Source: a virus (taxonomy: Duplodnaviria > Caudoviricetes). From it: a stretch of 64,000 nucleotides of DNA. Shown here in pieces: positions 18,515 to 28,904 of the stretch (position 1 is its first letter; each line of letters begins with the position of its first letter). The DNA lies in the IMG/VR virus record IMGVR_UViG_2900577576_000002, positions 887 through 64,886 of that record; one strand, written 5' to 3'. The notes under the pieces were generated by a model. The model made no database searches and had not been told where the DNA came from. It saw only the letters and a program-made list of their open reading frames with translations. The translations under genes were made by a program, and so were the position numbers.

Positions 18515-19140
18515 TCTGTTTGATCCGGAGCGTTAGACACAACCGTGCTGCTGCCACCCTGAACATTCTGGACGTGGTGGGTGTGCGTATTGAAGATGGT
18601 CCGCATCTGGCTCATTGAGTGAGCGTTCGTTCCGGTGTTGTCCTGAATGTCTGCTTGGCTTGTGATGGCCTGCGTAGCGTTCAGTGTGTTGTCCATCTGC
18701 ACCGGCCCGACGAAGTGATGTTGCGTTGCCGTGTAGGTGATGCCAGCGCTGGCCTTCAGTTCAACCGATCCATCGTTATGAAATTTGAGCAGCGAGCCAG
18801 ACTTGTGCACCAGCCAGAATTCACCGGACGGCGCCGCCGGCGGCTGTTCCACGTCAGTGTAGAAGCGTCCAACGACGACGCCCGCATCCTGATCCTCAAG
18901 ATCAAAGGCGACGATGACCTGATCGCCGACGCTCGGCGCCGCGACTAAGCCCCACCCTGCACCGACATACGTTGAGGCCAGCGGAATCCAGCCCGTGCTT
19001 TCATCCGTGCGCGGCCAGAACTTCACCTTCACGGCGTACTTGTTTGGGTCATAGGCTGTAACTTGCCCAACCCTATGTGTGGTCTTCTCTCCCTGAGCCA
19101 TCTGCGCATGCGCGCGAATCAGGTTTGCGAAAGCGCTCAT
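18511..19140 (-). CDS. Baseplate spike (gpV-like)
   Basis: OB-fold GQVTAYD..P.VGDQV..; C-terminal HTHH metal-binding tip. Confidence 0.85.
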   Translation of the reverse strand: MSAFANLIRAHAQMAQGEKTTHRVGQVTAYDPNKYAVKVKFWPRTDESTGWIPLASTYVGAGWGLVAAPSVGDQVIVAFDLEDQDAGVVVGRFYTDVEQPPAAPSGEFWLVHKSGSLLKFHNDGSVELKASAGITYTATQHHFVGPVQMDNTLNATQAITSQADIQDNTGTNAHSMSQMRTIFNTHTHHVQNVQGGSSTVVSNAPDQTE

Positions 19141-20279
19141 GATGGGATGACCGATGTGTCCAGACTGTGATTCTTGCCGCGCACCGACATGGTGTAGCCC
19201 GAATCGAACGACATGCGGCGCGCGACCGACTCGACGTAGTACATCGAATCGAACTGCGTTTCCGTGCCCGAAACCTGAACCATGACGTTCGGCATGAGGA
19301 TGTTGTCGCCCGGAAGCTGGGCGGTCATCTTCAGCTCGTGCCGGATGATGTCGTTGTAGATCTTCATCGCCCGCTGCTGGGCATCTTGCTGACTCAGGTT
19401 GGCGATGATGTAGCTGTACACCTGCGCCGGCGCCTTGGCCGTGCCAGGCGTGATGCCCTTGGCCTTGCCTTGCGGGTACGTGACCGAGAATCCGGCCTTC
19501 TGCTTGTGGTTGAAGCTGTGCACCTGAACCACGACGCCCTTGCCGACCGTCAGCGTGCGCGAGAAGGACACATCCAAGATGTTCGCCTGGAAGAAGCCGC
19601 GATCTTGGTCCGGGTTCTGCCACTGGATCAGGTATGGCGTGGCAGTCTTCGGGTCCGGCTTAGGACCGAAATACAGCGTCATGCCCTGCACGTACACCAC
19701 ATAGTCGTAGACGCTGGCCAGCCAAGTGAGCAATTCCCACTCTGTCGAGCCGTGTCGATCGTGGATCTTGTCGATCTCGTAAATCTTGCCCACCAGTCCC
19801 TTTGTGGCCGTCACCTGCGGCGTCAAGCCGTGACGCTTTGCGAGCGTCGTGGCGATCTGGCTGGCCGTCTGGTTCGTCCACCGATCAAAGGTCTTGGTGT
19901 CGATCAGCAGTGACGTGTAATCCCGCCCGGACAACTCAACCGTGCGCCGAGCGGGATCAAACTGCACTTGGTCGACGTTGCCGATGATGAGTTGCTGCAG
20001 GTCCGCCGTTCCGTACTGATCGGGGTCTTGCGGGAAGCCCGCGTAAATCTGCGCCTGCAGCGGGTTCGTGCTGATCACGTATTGCAGATTGACTGGATCG
20101 GTCAGCGCCGAGATCGGGAGACGCACCCGGAACGTGCTGGCCGAGTGCCAGACGTTTTGCTCGACCTCCCAATCAATCCACGGCACCCGAGTGCCAGGCT
20201 GATTCGGATCACCGAGCAACACCATCCCGCGCGGTTGCCGAGCGGTCGGCACCGCGGGAACAGTATTGAGACTAGCCAC
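19137..20279 (-). CDS. Baseplate hub (late control D/gp44-like)
   Basis: LSGRDYTSLLID..ASQIATTLAKRHGL. Confidence 0.8.
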   Translation of the reverse strand: MASLNTVPAVPTARQPRGMVLLGDPNQPGTRVPWIDWEVEQNVWHSASTFRVRLPISALTDPVNLQYVISTNPLQAQIYAGFPQDPDQYGTADLQQLIIGNVDQVQFDPARRTVELSGRDYTSLLIDTKTFDRWTNQTASQIATTLAKRHGLTPQVTATKGLVGKIYEIDKIHDRHGSTEWELLTWLASVYDYVVYVQGMTLYFGPKPDPKTATPYLIQWQNPDQDRGFFQANILDVSFSRTLTVGKGVVVQVHSFNHKQKAGFSVTYPQGKAKGITPGTAKAPAQVYSYIIANLSQQDAQQRAMKIYNDIIRHELKMTAQLPGDNILMPNVMVQVSGTETQFDSMYYVESVARRMSFDSGYTMSVRGKNHSLDTSVIPS

Positions 20280-21225
20280 TCAGAACCCCACCAGCATTGT
20301 CCGGGCGCACCGGAACGTTCAAAGTCTGCACACCCTGTACCGTCGGGTCGCTCAGGCCGTTTGCCTTGGCGATGCCGGTCCAAGCTTCTGCGTTGCCGTA
20401 CACCTTCGCCGCGATCTGCAACAGGTTGCCGCCGGCGGTCGTGATCTGCTGCGACGCGCCCGACACGCTGCCAAGGTTCAGAGACATGCGTCCCACGACC
20501 GACTGCAGGTTATAGAGCGGAGGCAGTCTGTTGAACGCCGTAACCTGCGCCGTTAGCTTCGCCGCCGCCGTCGAGATCGGATTGTTCGGCACGAGGCCGC
20601 CGAGCGTCGTCACATTGGCGATCGTATTCGACGCTTGGCCGATCAGCGTTGACACCCGCGTTTGCACCGCGGCAATCGGCGTCAGCACGCTGTTGATCGT
20701 GCTCTGTGCGGCACTGGCGAAGCTGGAAACCGTCGAGATCGCGGTGTTCAGCGACCCCATCAACCCAGACAGCGGGCCGTCTCCGATCAGGTCTGAAAGC
20801 GAATTCGCCAGCGACAGGTCAGAGCCGATCAGGTCATTGATCGACGGGCCTGCAAGCGAAGTCTGCGGTTGCGTGGCGTTCTGCACGACCACGCACGAGA
20901 TTTGGTACGGGATGTGCCATTCCCGCTGAAAATCCGCCTTGAATTGCGAGATGACGACGATGTACTGCAATTCCGACCAGACAAGCGGGATTGGCTGACC
21001 AGAGATGCGAAGCGTCTCAAGGTAACGCGCTCGAGACAGCGCATCCTGCCCCATGAAGTAGCCGGACCACTCCAGCGGCATGTCAGAGCGGCCCATCGCA
21101 TCAACGATGCGCGTGCCGCCCACAAGTTCATGCACCGTCAGCTTCTGCTCGCCGCCAAACGTGATGTGCTCAGGGACTTCCAGTTCGGCGAAAAGCACAT
21201 CGCCGAGAGAGAGGTTAGTCGCCAT
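20272..21225 (-). CDS. Tail/baseplate protein with C-terminal LysM-like domain
   Basis: NLLQIAAKVYGNAEAWTGIAKANGL. Confidence 0.75.
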   Translation of the reverse strand: MATNLSLGDVLFAELEVPEHITFGGEQKLTVHELVGGTRIVDAMGRSDMPLEWSGYFMGQDALSRARYLETLRISGQPIPLVWSELQYIVVISQFKADFQREWHIPYQISCVVVQNATQPQTSLAGPSINDLIGSDLSLANSLSDLIGDGPLSGLMGSLNTAISTVSSFASAAQSTINSVLTPIAAVQTRVSTLIGQASNTIANVTTLGGLVPNNPISTAAAKLTAQVTAFNRLPPLYNLQSVVGRMSLNLGSVSGASQQITTAGGNLLQIAAKVYGNAEAWTGIAKANGLSDPTVQGVQTLNVPVRPDNAGGVLSG

Positions 21226-21228
21226 GAG

Positions 21229-23127
21229 TTATCGTGCGTAGTTGTGGCCAATCGGGAGCGGGCTCATCGTCATGTCGGTGCCGGACCGGCCTGTTTGCGG
21301 CTTGCTGAGACCGTCCGCCATGTAGCTGACAAGCGCATCGCCGAGCTTTGTTCGATCAAGGTAGATGGACGCCGTTAGATTGAGCGGTTGTTGCTGCTTG
21401 GTCTTGACGTACCCACCGCCATTCAATTCGCCGGCATTGACTCGCGCCTGAGCGCCCGGCGTGAGCCGCGCCCCACCCTGATCCTTGTAAGAGTCGATCT
21501 CAGACTGACTCATGGGCCGGAAAGCATAAGCGGCGAGCGCCAGTGTCCCGAGCGCCGCGACCGCCAAGCCAACAGGGCTCAAGAGAGCGCCAAGCGCACC
21601 GACAAGTGCTGTGTTTCCAGCGCCACCGATCGCACCAGCAATCTTCAAGATGCCTGCGGCACCGCCAGCCGTTTGCATTGCCAGAGCAAGGCCAAGGCCG
21701 CGGAATGCAGCGCTCAGCAACAGGCCGCCGCCACGCAGACCAAGCCCGACAGACACCAAGCCCAATGCATAAGCCAAAGCCCTGAAGACGCCAGGATGAT
21801 GCTCAACAGATTGGGACAGGGAATCCAGAGCGCCAGCAATCTTGATCAGCCCCTTTGTGATGACCGGCAAGTAGACAGAACCAAACATGGCGAGGAAATT
21901 CCGCCATGCCGCATCTGCTGCCACTTCTGCGCCTTCCGGGGACTTGATGTACTGCTGATAGGCGGCACCGAACCCCTTCGAGTTTTCAAAGATGCGGGCG
22001 TCCTTTTCGTACTTGTGCTCACTCGTGATGAATGAGCCGATGAAATCTGCCGTGCTGCGGTTGAAGTTCCGCATGATGATCCCGGCGACCTGTTCATCGG
22101 TAAGGTCCATGCCGAAGCGCTCGCGAATACGCGGCGCAACCACCTTCTGAATGAATTCATCAGGTCGACGCGATGCCATTTCCAGAAACTGCGGCGCCAA
22201 TCCCCCGACGACGGGGGTCAGCATGTGCATTTTCTTCAAAGCGCCAGCAATCGACGGGTCTTGCTTGATAGCGTCGTTGACGGCGTTTTGCATCAGCTTG
22301 GCCTGCGGGCTGACCGACATATCCCATAGGCCAAGGGACGTCATGAAGCCCTTAGCCTTGTTGTCCATGTGGCCGCCAAGAAGGCTGCTCACATAGGTCA
22401 TCGCGGACGTGCCGGCCGTCGGCCCCGTCTTTGACTGCATGAAGGCGGCGAACTGTCCGAACAAGAATTCCGGGTCGAACAGGGTATAAGCCAGCTTGCC
22501 GGTCTGGGAAGCGTGGAAATAGTCGTTCGGGCCGACTTTGCCGCGCGATCCGAAGTACACCTTCGACATCATGTCGAGTTCGCGCTTCATTTCGGCCGGG
22601 CTTTGGGCCACGCGGTCGCCGCGGTGCTCCAGCGCCTTCACGGCGTTATAGACAAGACCCTCAACCGGCTTGCCGTCGTTCTGGATCTTGGCGGCAATTG
22701 AGAACTTCTGAAAGTCTTCGCTCATCTGCAGCGCCTTGGGCAGATCGCCTAGCGCCGTGTGCAGGTCGGTGATCAGGGCGATGTTCTCGCCGATCGTTGT
22801 GCCAAGGTTCTTATGCGCAAGCGTCTGGGCTTGCGCGAATGCGCGGGCGTTGTCAGCAGCCGAAAGATTCAGGACATTGAACTTCTGGCGTTCCTGCTCA
22901 AGCTTTTTCGCCTCTTCGTAAGGCGCTTTTAGCAAACCACCAAGGCCGCCGGCCAAGCCAAGCATCAGGCCGCCTTTCAAAGCCTGATTTTTTATGCTAT
23001 CAATGCGTTTCTGGAGTCGCGCTGCCTGCTCCTCCGTCTTCATGAAGTCCTTAGACAGCGCCGCAAGCCCCATGCTCGCATGGTTGATTAGGCTGATTCG
23101 GACGCCGATTTTATAGGCTTCAAACAT
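21229..23127 (-). CDS. Tape measure protein
   Basis: Long helical Ala/Gly-rich ORF with TM-like segments after the tail chaperones. Confidence 0.85.
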   Translation of the reverse strand: MFEAYKIGVRISLINHASMGLAALSKDFMKTEEQAARLQKRIDSIKNQALKGGLMLGLAGGLGGLLKAPYEEAKKLEQERQKFNVLNLSAADNARAFAQAQTLAHKNLGTTIGENIALITDLHTALGDLPKALQMSEDFQKFSIAAKIQNDGKPVEGLVYNAVKALEHRGDRVAQSPAEMKRELDMMSKVYFGSRGKVGPNDYFHASQTGKLAYTLFDPEFLFGQFAAFMQSKTGPTAGTSAMTYVSSLLGGHMDNKAKGFMTSLGLWDMSVSPQAKLMQNAVNDAIKQDPSIAGALKKMHMLTPVVGGLAPQFLEMASRRPDEFIQKVVAPRIRERFGMDLTDEQVAGIIMRNFNRSTADFIGSFITSEHKYEKDARIFENSKGFGAAYQQYIKSPEGAEVAADAAWRNFLAMFGSVYLPVITKGLIKIAGALDSLSQSVEHHPGVFRALAYALGLVSVGLGLRGGGLLLSAAFRGLGLALAMQTAGGAAGILKIAGAIGGAGNTALVGALGALLSPVGLAVAALGTLALAAYAFRPMSQSEIDSYKDQGGARLTPGAQARVNAGELNGGGYVKTKQQQPLNLTASIYLDRTKLGDALVSYMADGLSKPQTGRSGTDMTMSPLPIGHNYAR

Positions 23128-23362
23128 GAGGCACTCGCTCAAATACCGCATCCACGAATGGGCAGCGGACAGGTTTTCGTGGGTTCAGTACCCCGACATA
23201 CGCCCTCAGAGCGCAAATGCGCGCAATCATCGGCTCCTGCGCTTCGTCCATCAAATGCCGCTCGGGAACCGGCTAGACATCCTGCTTTTCGGCGTCGGCC
23301 TTTTGCTCATGTCCATCATTGTCATGCTAGCCGTCGGCGTGCTTATTTGGGCACTTCTATAA
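23126..23362 (+). CDS. Small membrane protein, opposite-strand moron
   Basis: Fills a 240 bp gap; clean C-terminal TM. Confidence 0.5.
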   Translation: MRHSLKYRIHEWAADRFSWVQYPDIRPQSANARNHRLLRFVHQMPLGNRLDILLFGVGLLLMSIIVMLAVGVLIWALL

Positions 23363-23369
23363 GCGCGCA

Positions 23370-23858
23370 TCAGATTGATTGGTCGTAACCAACCCGCCCG
23401 GGGATCGGGGCGCCGCCGAGCAGGCCTCGCACCAGCGCCTCACCGAAAATCCGTTTGATGAGCCGGTGGTTGTGGATCACGGCAGGCCCAAGGAATGGGC
23501 GCGGCGGAATCTCGTCGGTGCCGAGTTCCTGATACACCGCAATCTCGCTTTTCGAGCCAATAACCGCTTCCAAGCGGCTTACCTCGTTCTCAATTGAGTC
23601 TCGAAGCTCGCCAGAACGCAGCAAGGGGTCGTTCTCTGAATACCCCTGCTGCACGCGATCCTTCTTGGTACTTTTGTCCAACTCGGCCCACTTAGGGAAG
23701 GGTCCGACCGATTCCTGGTAATGACCGATCTCGTCTTTGGCTGTTTTCGTGATGGCGTTTGCCACCTCTTTGAGCCCCCGGTGAGCCTCCAAGGCGACGG
23801 CAGTTTGCAGTTCAACGAGATGAGTCGCGAATGCGGCGAGGCTTGAAAACTCCCTCAT
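23370..23858 (-). CDS. HK97 gp10-like / virion morphogenesis protein
   Basis: LLRSGELRDSI..ELGTDEIPPRPFLGP. Confidence 0.8.
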   Translation of the reverse strand: MREFSSLAAFATHLVELQTAVALEAHRGLKEVANAITKTAKDEIGHYQESVGPFPKWAELDKSTKKDRVQQGYSENDPLLRSGELRDSIENEVSRLEAVIGSKSEIAVYQELGTDEIPPRPFLGPAVIHNHRLIKRIFGEALVRGLLGGAPIPGRVGYDQSI

Positions 23859-24028
23859 TTCGGCTCCTCAAATCGCATGGACTGAAAATTGAACTTGTGG
23901 CCTTCCATTTCACTGAAGATGATGGAAAAGGCCGCACGGTGCACGTCGCCCAACTGAAAGGCCACGTCAAACGGGACGCCGTTCTTTACCAGCCACAGCG
24001 CTTCCCGGATTGGCGTGGCCTCTACTAG
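23855..24028 (-). CDS. C-terminal extension of the tail chaperone (GT) reached by -1 frameshift
   Basis: No start codon; slippery A-AAA-AAC at 24028-24034; ends ATGA-coupled to the next gene. Confidence 0.75.
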   Translation of the reverse strand, partial: LVEATPIREALWLVKNGVPFDVAFQLGDVHRAAFSIIFSEMEGHKFNFQSMRFEEPK

Positions 24029-24414
24029 TTTTTTAGCTCGGCCTTGTCGGCGTCGGGATTGGCGGCGCCGAAGTTCTCCTGAACCCCGTTCATCACCGCC
24101 TCCACCCCGGCATCGTCCAGACGCATGATCAGCGCCTCAAGTTCGCGCTCGCTCTGCGGTTGCAACACTGGATCGCCGTCAAGTTCTGCCACGTAGATCA
24201 GCGGCAGCATCATCGACGTGTAGACCTGATTCTTTGCGGAATCGCCCAGAATCTTGATCAACCGGAACTGCGCCAAGACACCCGGCTTCTTCAGCTTGAT
24301 GATCCGACCGTTTGCGGCCGTCACAACCACTTCGGATGCGGCGGCTTGGACGAGTTGAGCGGACGGCGACGATGCTTCGACTTCAGTCAGTTCCAGCGTG
24401 GATTTCTTCGTCAT
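24025..24414 (-). CDS. Tail assembly chaperone (G)
   Basis: Between tube and tape measure; slippery heptamer immediately before the stop. Confidence 0.8.
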   Translation of the reverse strand: MTKKSTLELTEVEASSPSAQLVQAAASEVVVTAANGRIIKLKKPGVLAQFRLIKILGDSAKNQVYTSMMLPLIYVAELDGDPVLQPQSERELEALIMRLDDAGVEAVMNGVQENFGAANPDADKAELKN

Positions 24415-24509
24415 GTTGGGTTTCCCCTGCAAAACCCCTGAATAGGGGCTGCGGAAGCGCACTCAGGGCAGCGCGCTTGTCGGTCGGCCAACCTATCCGC
24501 AGCCGAAAA

Positions 24510-24944
24510 TTACTGCAGCTTGATCTTGCGCGACGCCTCGAAGCCGATTTTGACTTGCACGCGGTCATCGCCGACGAACTTGCCGCCCTCTTCCAGCCGC
24601 AGGGAGACCTTCGTATAGCGGTACTGCGTCACGGCGCCATTCGACTCGCTGATCGTCTCAAGGATCGTCGCGTAGCCGATGTTCACGCCCGAGTAGTACA
24701 GCGCCTCGAGCTGCACGAAGAAGTCGCCCACGACGTTGTCGGTGCGGTCCAGGCCGATCGTGCCGGTCCAGCCGATCGGCACGTTGGCGTGGTTGTTCTC
24801 GCCGCTGAGCGCGATCGATTCGATCGTCTTGTACTTGGGCTTTGCTTCCCAGTCGGTGACGGTCGTCGGCAGACGCAGCGGGCCGGTGGGCGTCATCACG
24901 TCCAGCACGACGTCCCGCCCGGTGTTAAACGGACCAATGGCCAT
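24510..24944 (-). CDS. Tail tube protein
   Basis: 144 aa ORF directly after the sheath. Confidence 0.8.
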   Translation of the reverse strand: MAIGPFNTGRDVVLDVMTPTGPLRLPTTVTDWEAKPKYKTIESIALSGENNHANVPIGWTGTIGLDRTDNVVGDFFVQLEALYYSGVNIGYATILETISESNGAVTQYRYTKVSLRLEEGGKFVGDDRVQVKIGFEASRKIKLQ

Positions 24945-25002
24945 AGTTGCTCCAGAAAAAGGGAAAGCCGCCCGAAGGCGGCTCTGTTAAGGCGGGAAAG
25001 GC

Positions 25003-26529
25003 TTAGAAGCTCGACAGTTGCTGACGGCTGATCGTCACGGACTGACCGCCTTCCTGGTTGATCAGGATCTTCTCGGCCACGGCCAGGTAGCGCACCCGCA
25101 CATCGGCCTGCAGGTAGCCCAGCGCGATACGGCTCGGCGGGTTGTTGTTCAGGTCACACTGCACCGTGAAGTCGTCAATCTGTCCTTGCTGCTGCAGGTT
25201 CAGATAGAAGTTGTCGAGCGTGGCCTTGACGTTGCGGCGCAGCGGGTCGGTCGGCTGCGACGATTGCAGGCGGCCATCGTAGATGCCCATGCCTTGCGCT
25301 GTGGTGGCCGCGAGGTAGTTGGTCATCCGCGTGTAGTTGTCGCCGTTGCGAGTGCTGTCCGACGAACTGTTGTGGCCGATGCGCACGCCGAACTGATTGC
25401 CAGCCGGGATCGGGTTGGTGATGACGTCGATCCCCGCCTGAGCCAGGGACTGCAATTCGGCCGCGCTGTACTGCAGGTTCTGCGCCGACTTCTGCGTGCC
25501 AACGATGCCGTAGAGCTGCTTGTTCAGCGACGAATGCTGCGGCGCCAGATTGGCGAGCACGCCCACGACGTAGCCCTGCGGCGAGATCAGGCGAGTGCCG
25601 CCGTTGACCGGATCGAGGAAGTAGACCCAGTCGCCGAACATGTACTTGAACGCATACGAGTCGATGCCGGCGGTCGCCTTGGTCGATACGGCGTTGCTGA
25701 TCGTGTCGCCCTGCGGCGTGACCCCGATCATGTACGTGCCTTCGGACAGGCCGTAGGAGACCTGCGTCGAGAAGGTCGTCGTGTCCGAGCAGTCCACCAG
25801 CGCGGCCACCGATGCACCCGTGCCGCGCAGCGCATACATGCCCTTGCGCGGGATCGTATCCACGCCCACCAGCGTCGTGCCGGTGATCGTCGTGGCGCCG
25901 TCCGTGCCGCTTGCGAGGTTGTACGTTGCGAGCGCCGGGGCGGTCGTGCCTGCGCCAGCCGTTGCGACGATGATCTGCGAAGGGCCGCGCGCGCCGACCT
26001 GGCCGTTGTTGATCGCGTTGGCCATGTTGACCCACAGCGCGTTGCCGGTGCCGGTGATGTTGTCGAACACTTCCGGCGTTTGGCCGGGCAGCGTGACGAT
26101 GGCCTTATACGAGTTCGCCAGCGAACCGTTCGCCACCTGCACAGAGACCGAATTACCCAGCGTGCCGGTGTATTTGCCGGTGAACGTGATGCAGCTCGTC
26201 TGCACAACGACCGTGGCGGCCGTATCGGTGCCGTCCGTCACGCGCACGCAACGGAAGTTGTTGGCGCCCTGCAGGACAGCGGCAGCAACGGCCGTGCCCA
26301 TGTCGTAGAGACGGTTCTGGATGGCGCCGTAGTTGCGCGCATAGTCCGCCATGCTGCCGATGCTGGTCGGCGCGTTGACCGGGCCCCACGTGGCGGTGCC
26401 GACGAAGCCGGCGACGTTGGTCGGGACGCCGTTCAGTTGCGCCACTTGCGGCGCGATGATCTGGACGATCAGATCCGGCACGATCAGCGCCGTGGTATTG
26501 ACCTGACCGTACTGCACGATCTGTGTCAT
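25003..26529 (-). CDS. Tail sheath protein
   Basis: VAGFVGTATWGPVN; RCVRVTDG; TRMTNYL. Confidence 0.9.
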   Translation of the reverse strand: MTQIVQYGQVNTTALIVPDLIVQIIAPQVAQLNGVPTNVAGFVGTATWGPVNAPTSIGSMADYARNYGAIQNRLYDMGTAVAAAVLQGANNFRCVRVTDGTDTAATVVVQTSCITFTGKYTGTLGNSVSVQVANGSLANSYKAIVTLPGQTPEVFDNITGTGNALWVNMANAINNGQVGARGPSQIIVATAGAGTTAPALATYNLASGTDGATTITGTTLVGVDTIPRKGMYALRGTGASVAALVDCSDTTTFSTQVSYGLSEGTYMIGVTPQGDTISNAVSTKATAGIDSYAFKYMFGDWVYFLDPVNGGTRLISPQGYVVGVLANLAPQHSSLNKQLYGIVGTQKSAQNLQYSAAELQSLAQAGIDVITNPIPAGNQFGVRIGHNSSSDSTRNGDNYTRMTNYLAATTAQGMGIYDGRLQSSQPTDPLRRNVKATLDNFYLNLQQQGQIDDFTVQCDLNNNPPSRIALGYLQADVRVRYLAVAEKILINQEGGQSVTISRQQLSSF

Positions 26530-26596
26530 TCAGAGTCTCCAATGAAAAAGGCCCGCACTTGGCGGGCCTTCAGGCGAATCGGGAGGGGGTTGGGCT

Positions 26597-26761
26597 TTAG
26601 CTCGCCTTGGTCGGCTTGCTGGAATCGGTGGGCGCGGCGCGTTTCAGCACGTGGCCCTCGTTCTCGGAGGCCAGCACGCGGGCGACCTCGACGGGATCGG
26701 TGATTTCGTCGCCCTTGGCATACACGCCGAAGGGCTCGCGGACGGTCAGATGAAATTCCAT
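26597..26761 (-). CDS. Small hypothetical tail-region protein (54 aa, missing from the ORF track)
   Basis: MEFHLTVREPFGVYAKGDEITD..; GAGG RBS. Confidence 0.65.
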   Translation of the reverse strand: MEFHLTVREPFGVYAKGDEITDPVEVARVLASENEGHVLKRAAPTDSSKPTKAS

Positions 26762-26768
26762 GGTTGCC

Positions 26769-27629
26769 TCAGACGTTGGTAGTCGTGGTGTTCGGGTAAG
26801 TGCCGCCGTTGTAGCCGTTCACGCCGACGGCGGTGTTCTGGACGATGTCGACCACCGTCGTTGACGTGTTCACAACCGTCTCGACGTACTCGACCGTGAC
26901 CATGATGTCGCGGCGGAAAAGCAATTCCTTCTGCGGCACGTCGTCGTCGCGTTGCCCTTTCAGAATCACGCGCGCGGCAGTCCCATCGGCCAGCGTCAGG
27001 AAGCGCGTGGCCATGATCGCGGGCGTGATCAGTTTCGCGATGGCCTTGCGGTTGTCCGGCGTGTTGGCCCAGACCGTGATCTGAAAAACCTGCTCCACGC
27101 GGCCGGCCTCGGTCATCTGCTGGCCTGAGCCACCGACTCGAGCCGCATTGATCGGCGGTCCAGTGTTCGGCAGTGTGATGACTGCGCCGCTGGACGTCGT
27201 GCCCGGATAGGCCGCGTTGATCTGGCTGGCCAGCGCCGCGGCAATCGTGCTCAGCGTATCGTTGGCGACCGTTTGGTACGTGAAGGCTGACGTGCCAACG
27301 ATGACCGCCGTGTTCACTCCTGCGGCGACCGTGCCGCCGACCGTGACCGTGCGGCCGTTGATCGTGAGCGTCAGCGTCGGCGCCGTGACGGTCATGTCCT
27401 GCGGCACCGTCTGGTATCGTGTGGTGTTCCTGGCTTCAGGACGATTGAAAACGGACACATTCGCGATTCCGGCGGCGAGATCCGCATCAAGCTGTCCCGG
27501 TACCGGCCAGCCTGGATAGATGCGGGTTGCAGGCACTCCAGAGGCCGGCGACTGCGCATCTCCGTTCGGGTACAACACCCCGTCGATCAGCAAGACGAGA
27601 GCCGAACTGACATCGGTGAGATCGGCCAT
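26769..27629 (-). CDS. Tail terminator / completion protein
   Basis: Position before the sheath; RIYPGWPVPGQLDADL. Confidence 0.65.
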   Translation of the reverse strand: MADLTDVSSALVLLIDGVLYPNGDAQSPASGVPATRIYPGWPVPGQLDADLAAGIANVSVFNRPEARNTTRYQTVPQDMTVTAPTLTLTINGRTVTVGGTVAAGVNTAVIVGTSAFTYQTVANDTLSTIAAALASQINAAYPGTTSSGAVITLPNTGPPINAARVGGSGQQMTEAGRVEQVFQITVWANTPDNRKAIAKLITPAIMATRFLTLADGTAARVILKGQRDDDVPQKELLFRRDIMVTVEYVETVVNTSTTVVDIVQNTAVGVNGYNGGTYPNTTTTNV

Positions 27630-27976
27630 TACGTCTCCAATCGCTCGACTAGCAGGTTGTGCCCGAGCGAATTCCAGTAAGGCCCAACGACCTGATAGCG
27701 CTGCCCTAGGTCATCCGTCACGATATCGCGCGTCTTGATCAAGCCAAGCGCGGCTGATGCCACAGGGATGAACACGCGCCACATCGTCTTGCCGGCATCG
27801 GCAGGAAGATCCGCCGCCGGCCTGCCCCTGTCCTTTTGCAGTTGAATGGATGCAGGCAGACCAGACGCGACAGGTGCCTCGTTGGCTGGCGTTTCGCCGC
27901 CGTAGGGTTGAACTCCGACGCCGGCCTGGCCGTTCGGGCGAGTGATTGCCACAGTACGCGGGTAGAGGAAGGTCAT
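27629..27976 (-). CDS. Head-tail adaptor / stopper
   Basis: Position; IKTRDIVTDDLGQRYQV. Confidence 0.65.
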   Translation of the reverse strand: MTFLYPRTVAITRPNGQAGVGVQPYGGETPANEAPVASGLPASIQLQKDRGRPAADLPADAGKTMWRVFIPVASAALGLIKTRDIVTDDLGQRYQVVGPYWNSLGHNLLVERLET

Positions 27977-28901
27977 ACAAACATCCTCGCGCGCCACGGA
28001 TTCAGCAAGGCTTTGACGTCATCGCTGATGACTGTCGCGGCGAACTGCTCGATCTGGGTATCGCCGGCCCGATAGGACTTCAAGGCGCCCATCTGGGCGT
28101 TCTGAGACATCGCCGTAATCAACTGCGCCGTGGCCAGCTTGATCTCGTCAGGCAGGTTCGTGTACTGGAACCCGGCGACGTAGCGGACCTTGATCTCGCT
28201 GTAGTACGCCAGCATGATGCCGCCGGCACCCAAAGCTGCCCCGTGCTCGAGTCGATCCCGGCGGCGCTGTTTGCCGGCCAGATTTCCCAAGCCGGCGGCC
28301 CGCCGAACTTGCTGATGCTGGCCAGCAGGTTGAAGTTATCGGTGTTGTAGCTCGCAGCGTCGCCGCGGCGGCCATACGCATACCGACCGGTACCGCCGAC
28401 AATCCGCCCGACAGGCGTGTGCGCGAGCATCACCTCGCTGCGATTCTTCGGTAGGTAGCGCTTCTCGGTGATCAGCAGACCGGTATCGATCGTGCATCCA
28501 GCGGCGTGAGGGAATTGAACGCCCTGCGCCCCGATGGCCGCTGTCGTGCCGAGCGTCAGCGTGTTGCCGGTCATGCTGGTGATCTGCACCGACTCCACAA
28601 GCGAAGGATTCGCCCGATCCAGCACAACACATTCACCGACCTGCAGCACTTGCACCGGGCCATTCACTTGCACCTGGATGCCGTTGCCAGGACCGAACGC
28701 GCCAACGCTGGTGAACGTCAGTTCCGGGCTCAATGCGGCCATGTAGGCAGGCTGCCCGGTGGAGTCCTTCACGTAGATCAGGCCAGCCGGGCGTCGCAGG
28801 TACGCATCCACCAAAACACTCGCCTGCGTGACCTGTTGGGCCGTCGCGCTAGGCACGCCGAAAGCCGCGTAGTCAGTCGATTGCAGGTAGGTGGAGGGCA
28901 T
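27973..28901 (-). pseudogene. Head-tail connector split by an apparent 1 nt deletion near 28222 (or sequencing error)
   Basis: ..GQLWVPA frame switches to GIMLAYYSEIKVRYVAGF..LPDEIKLA. Confidence 0.7.
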
Positions 28902-28904
28902 AGA

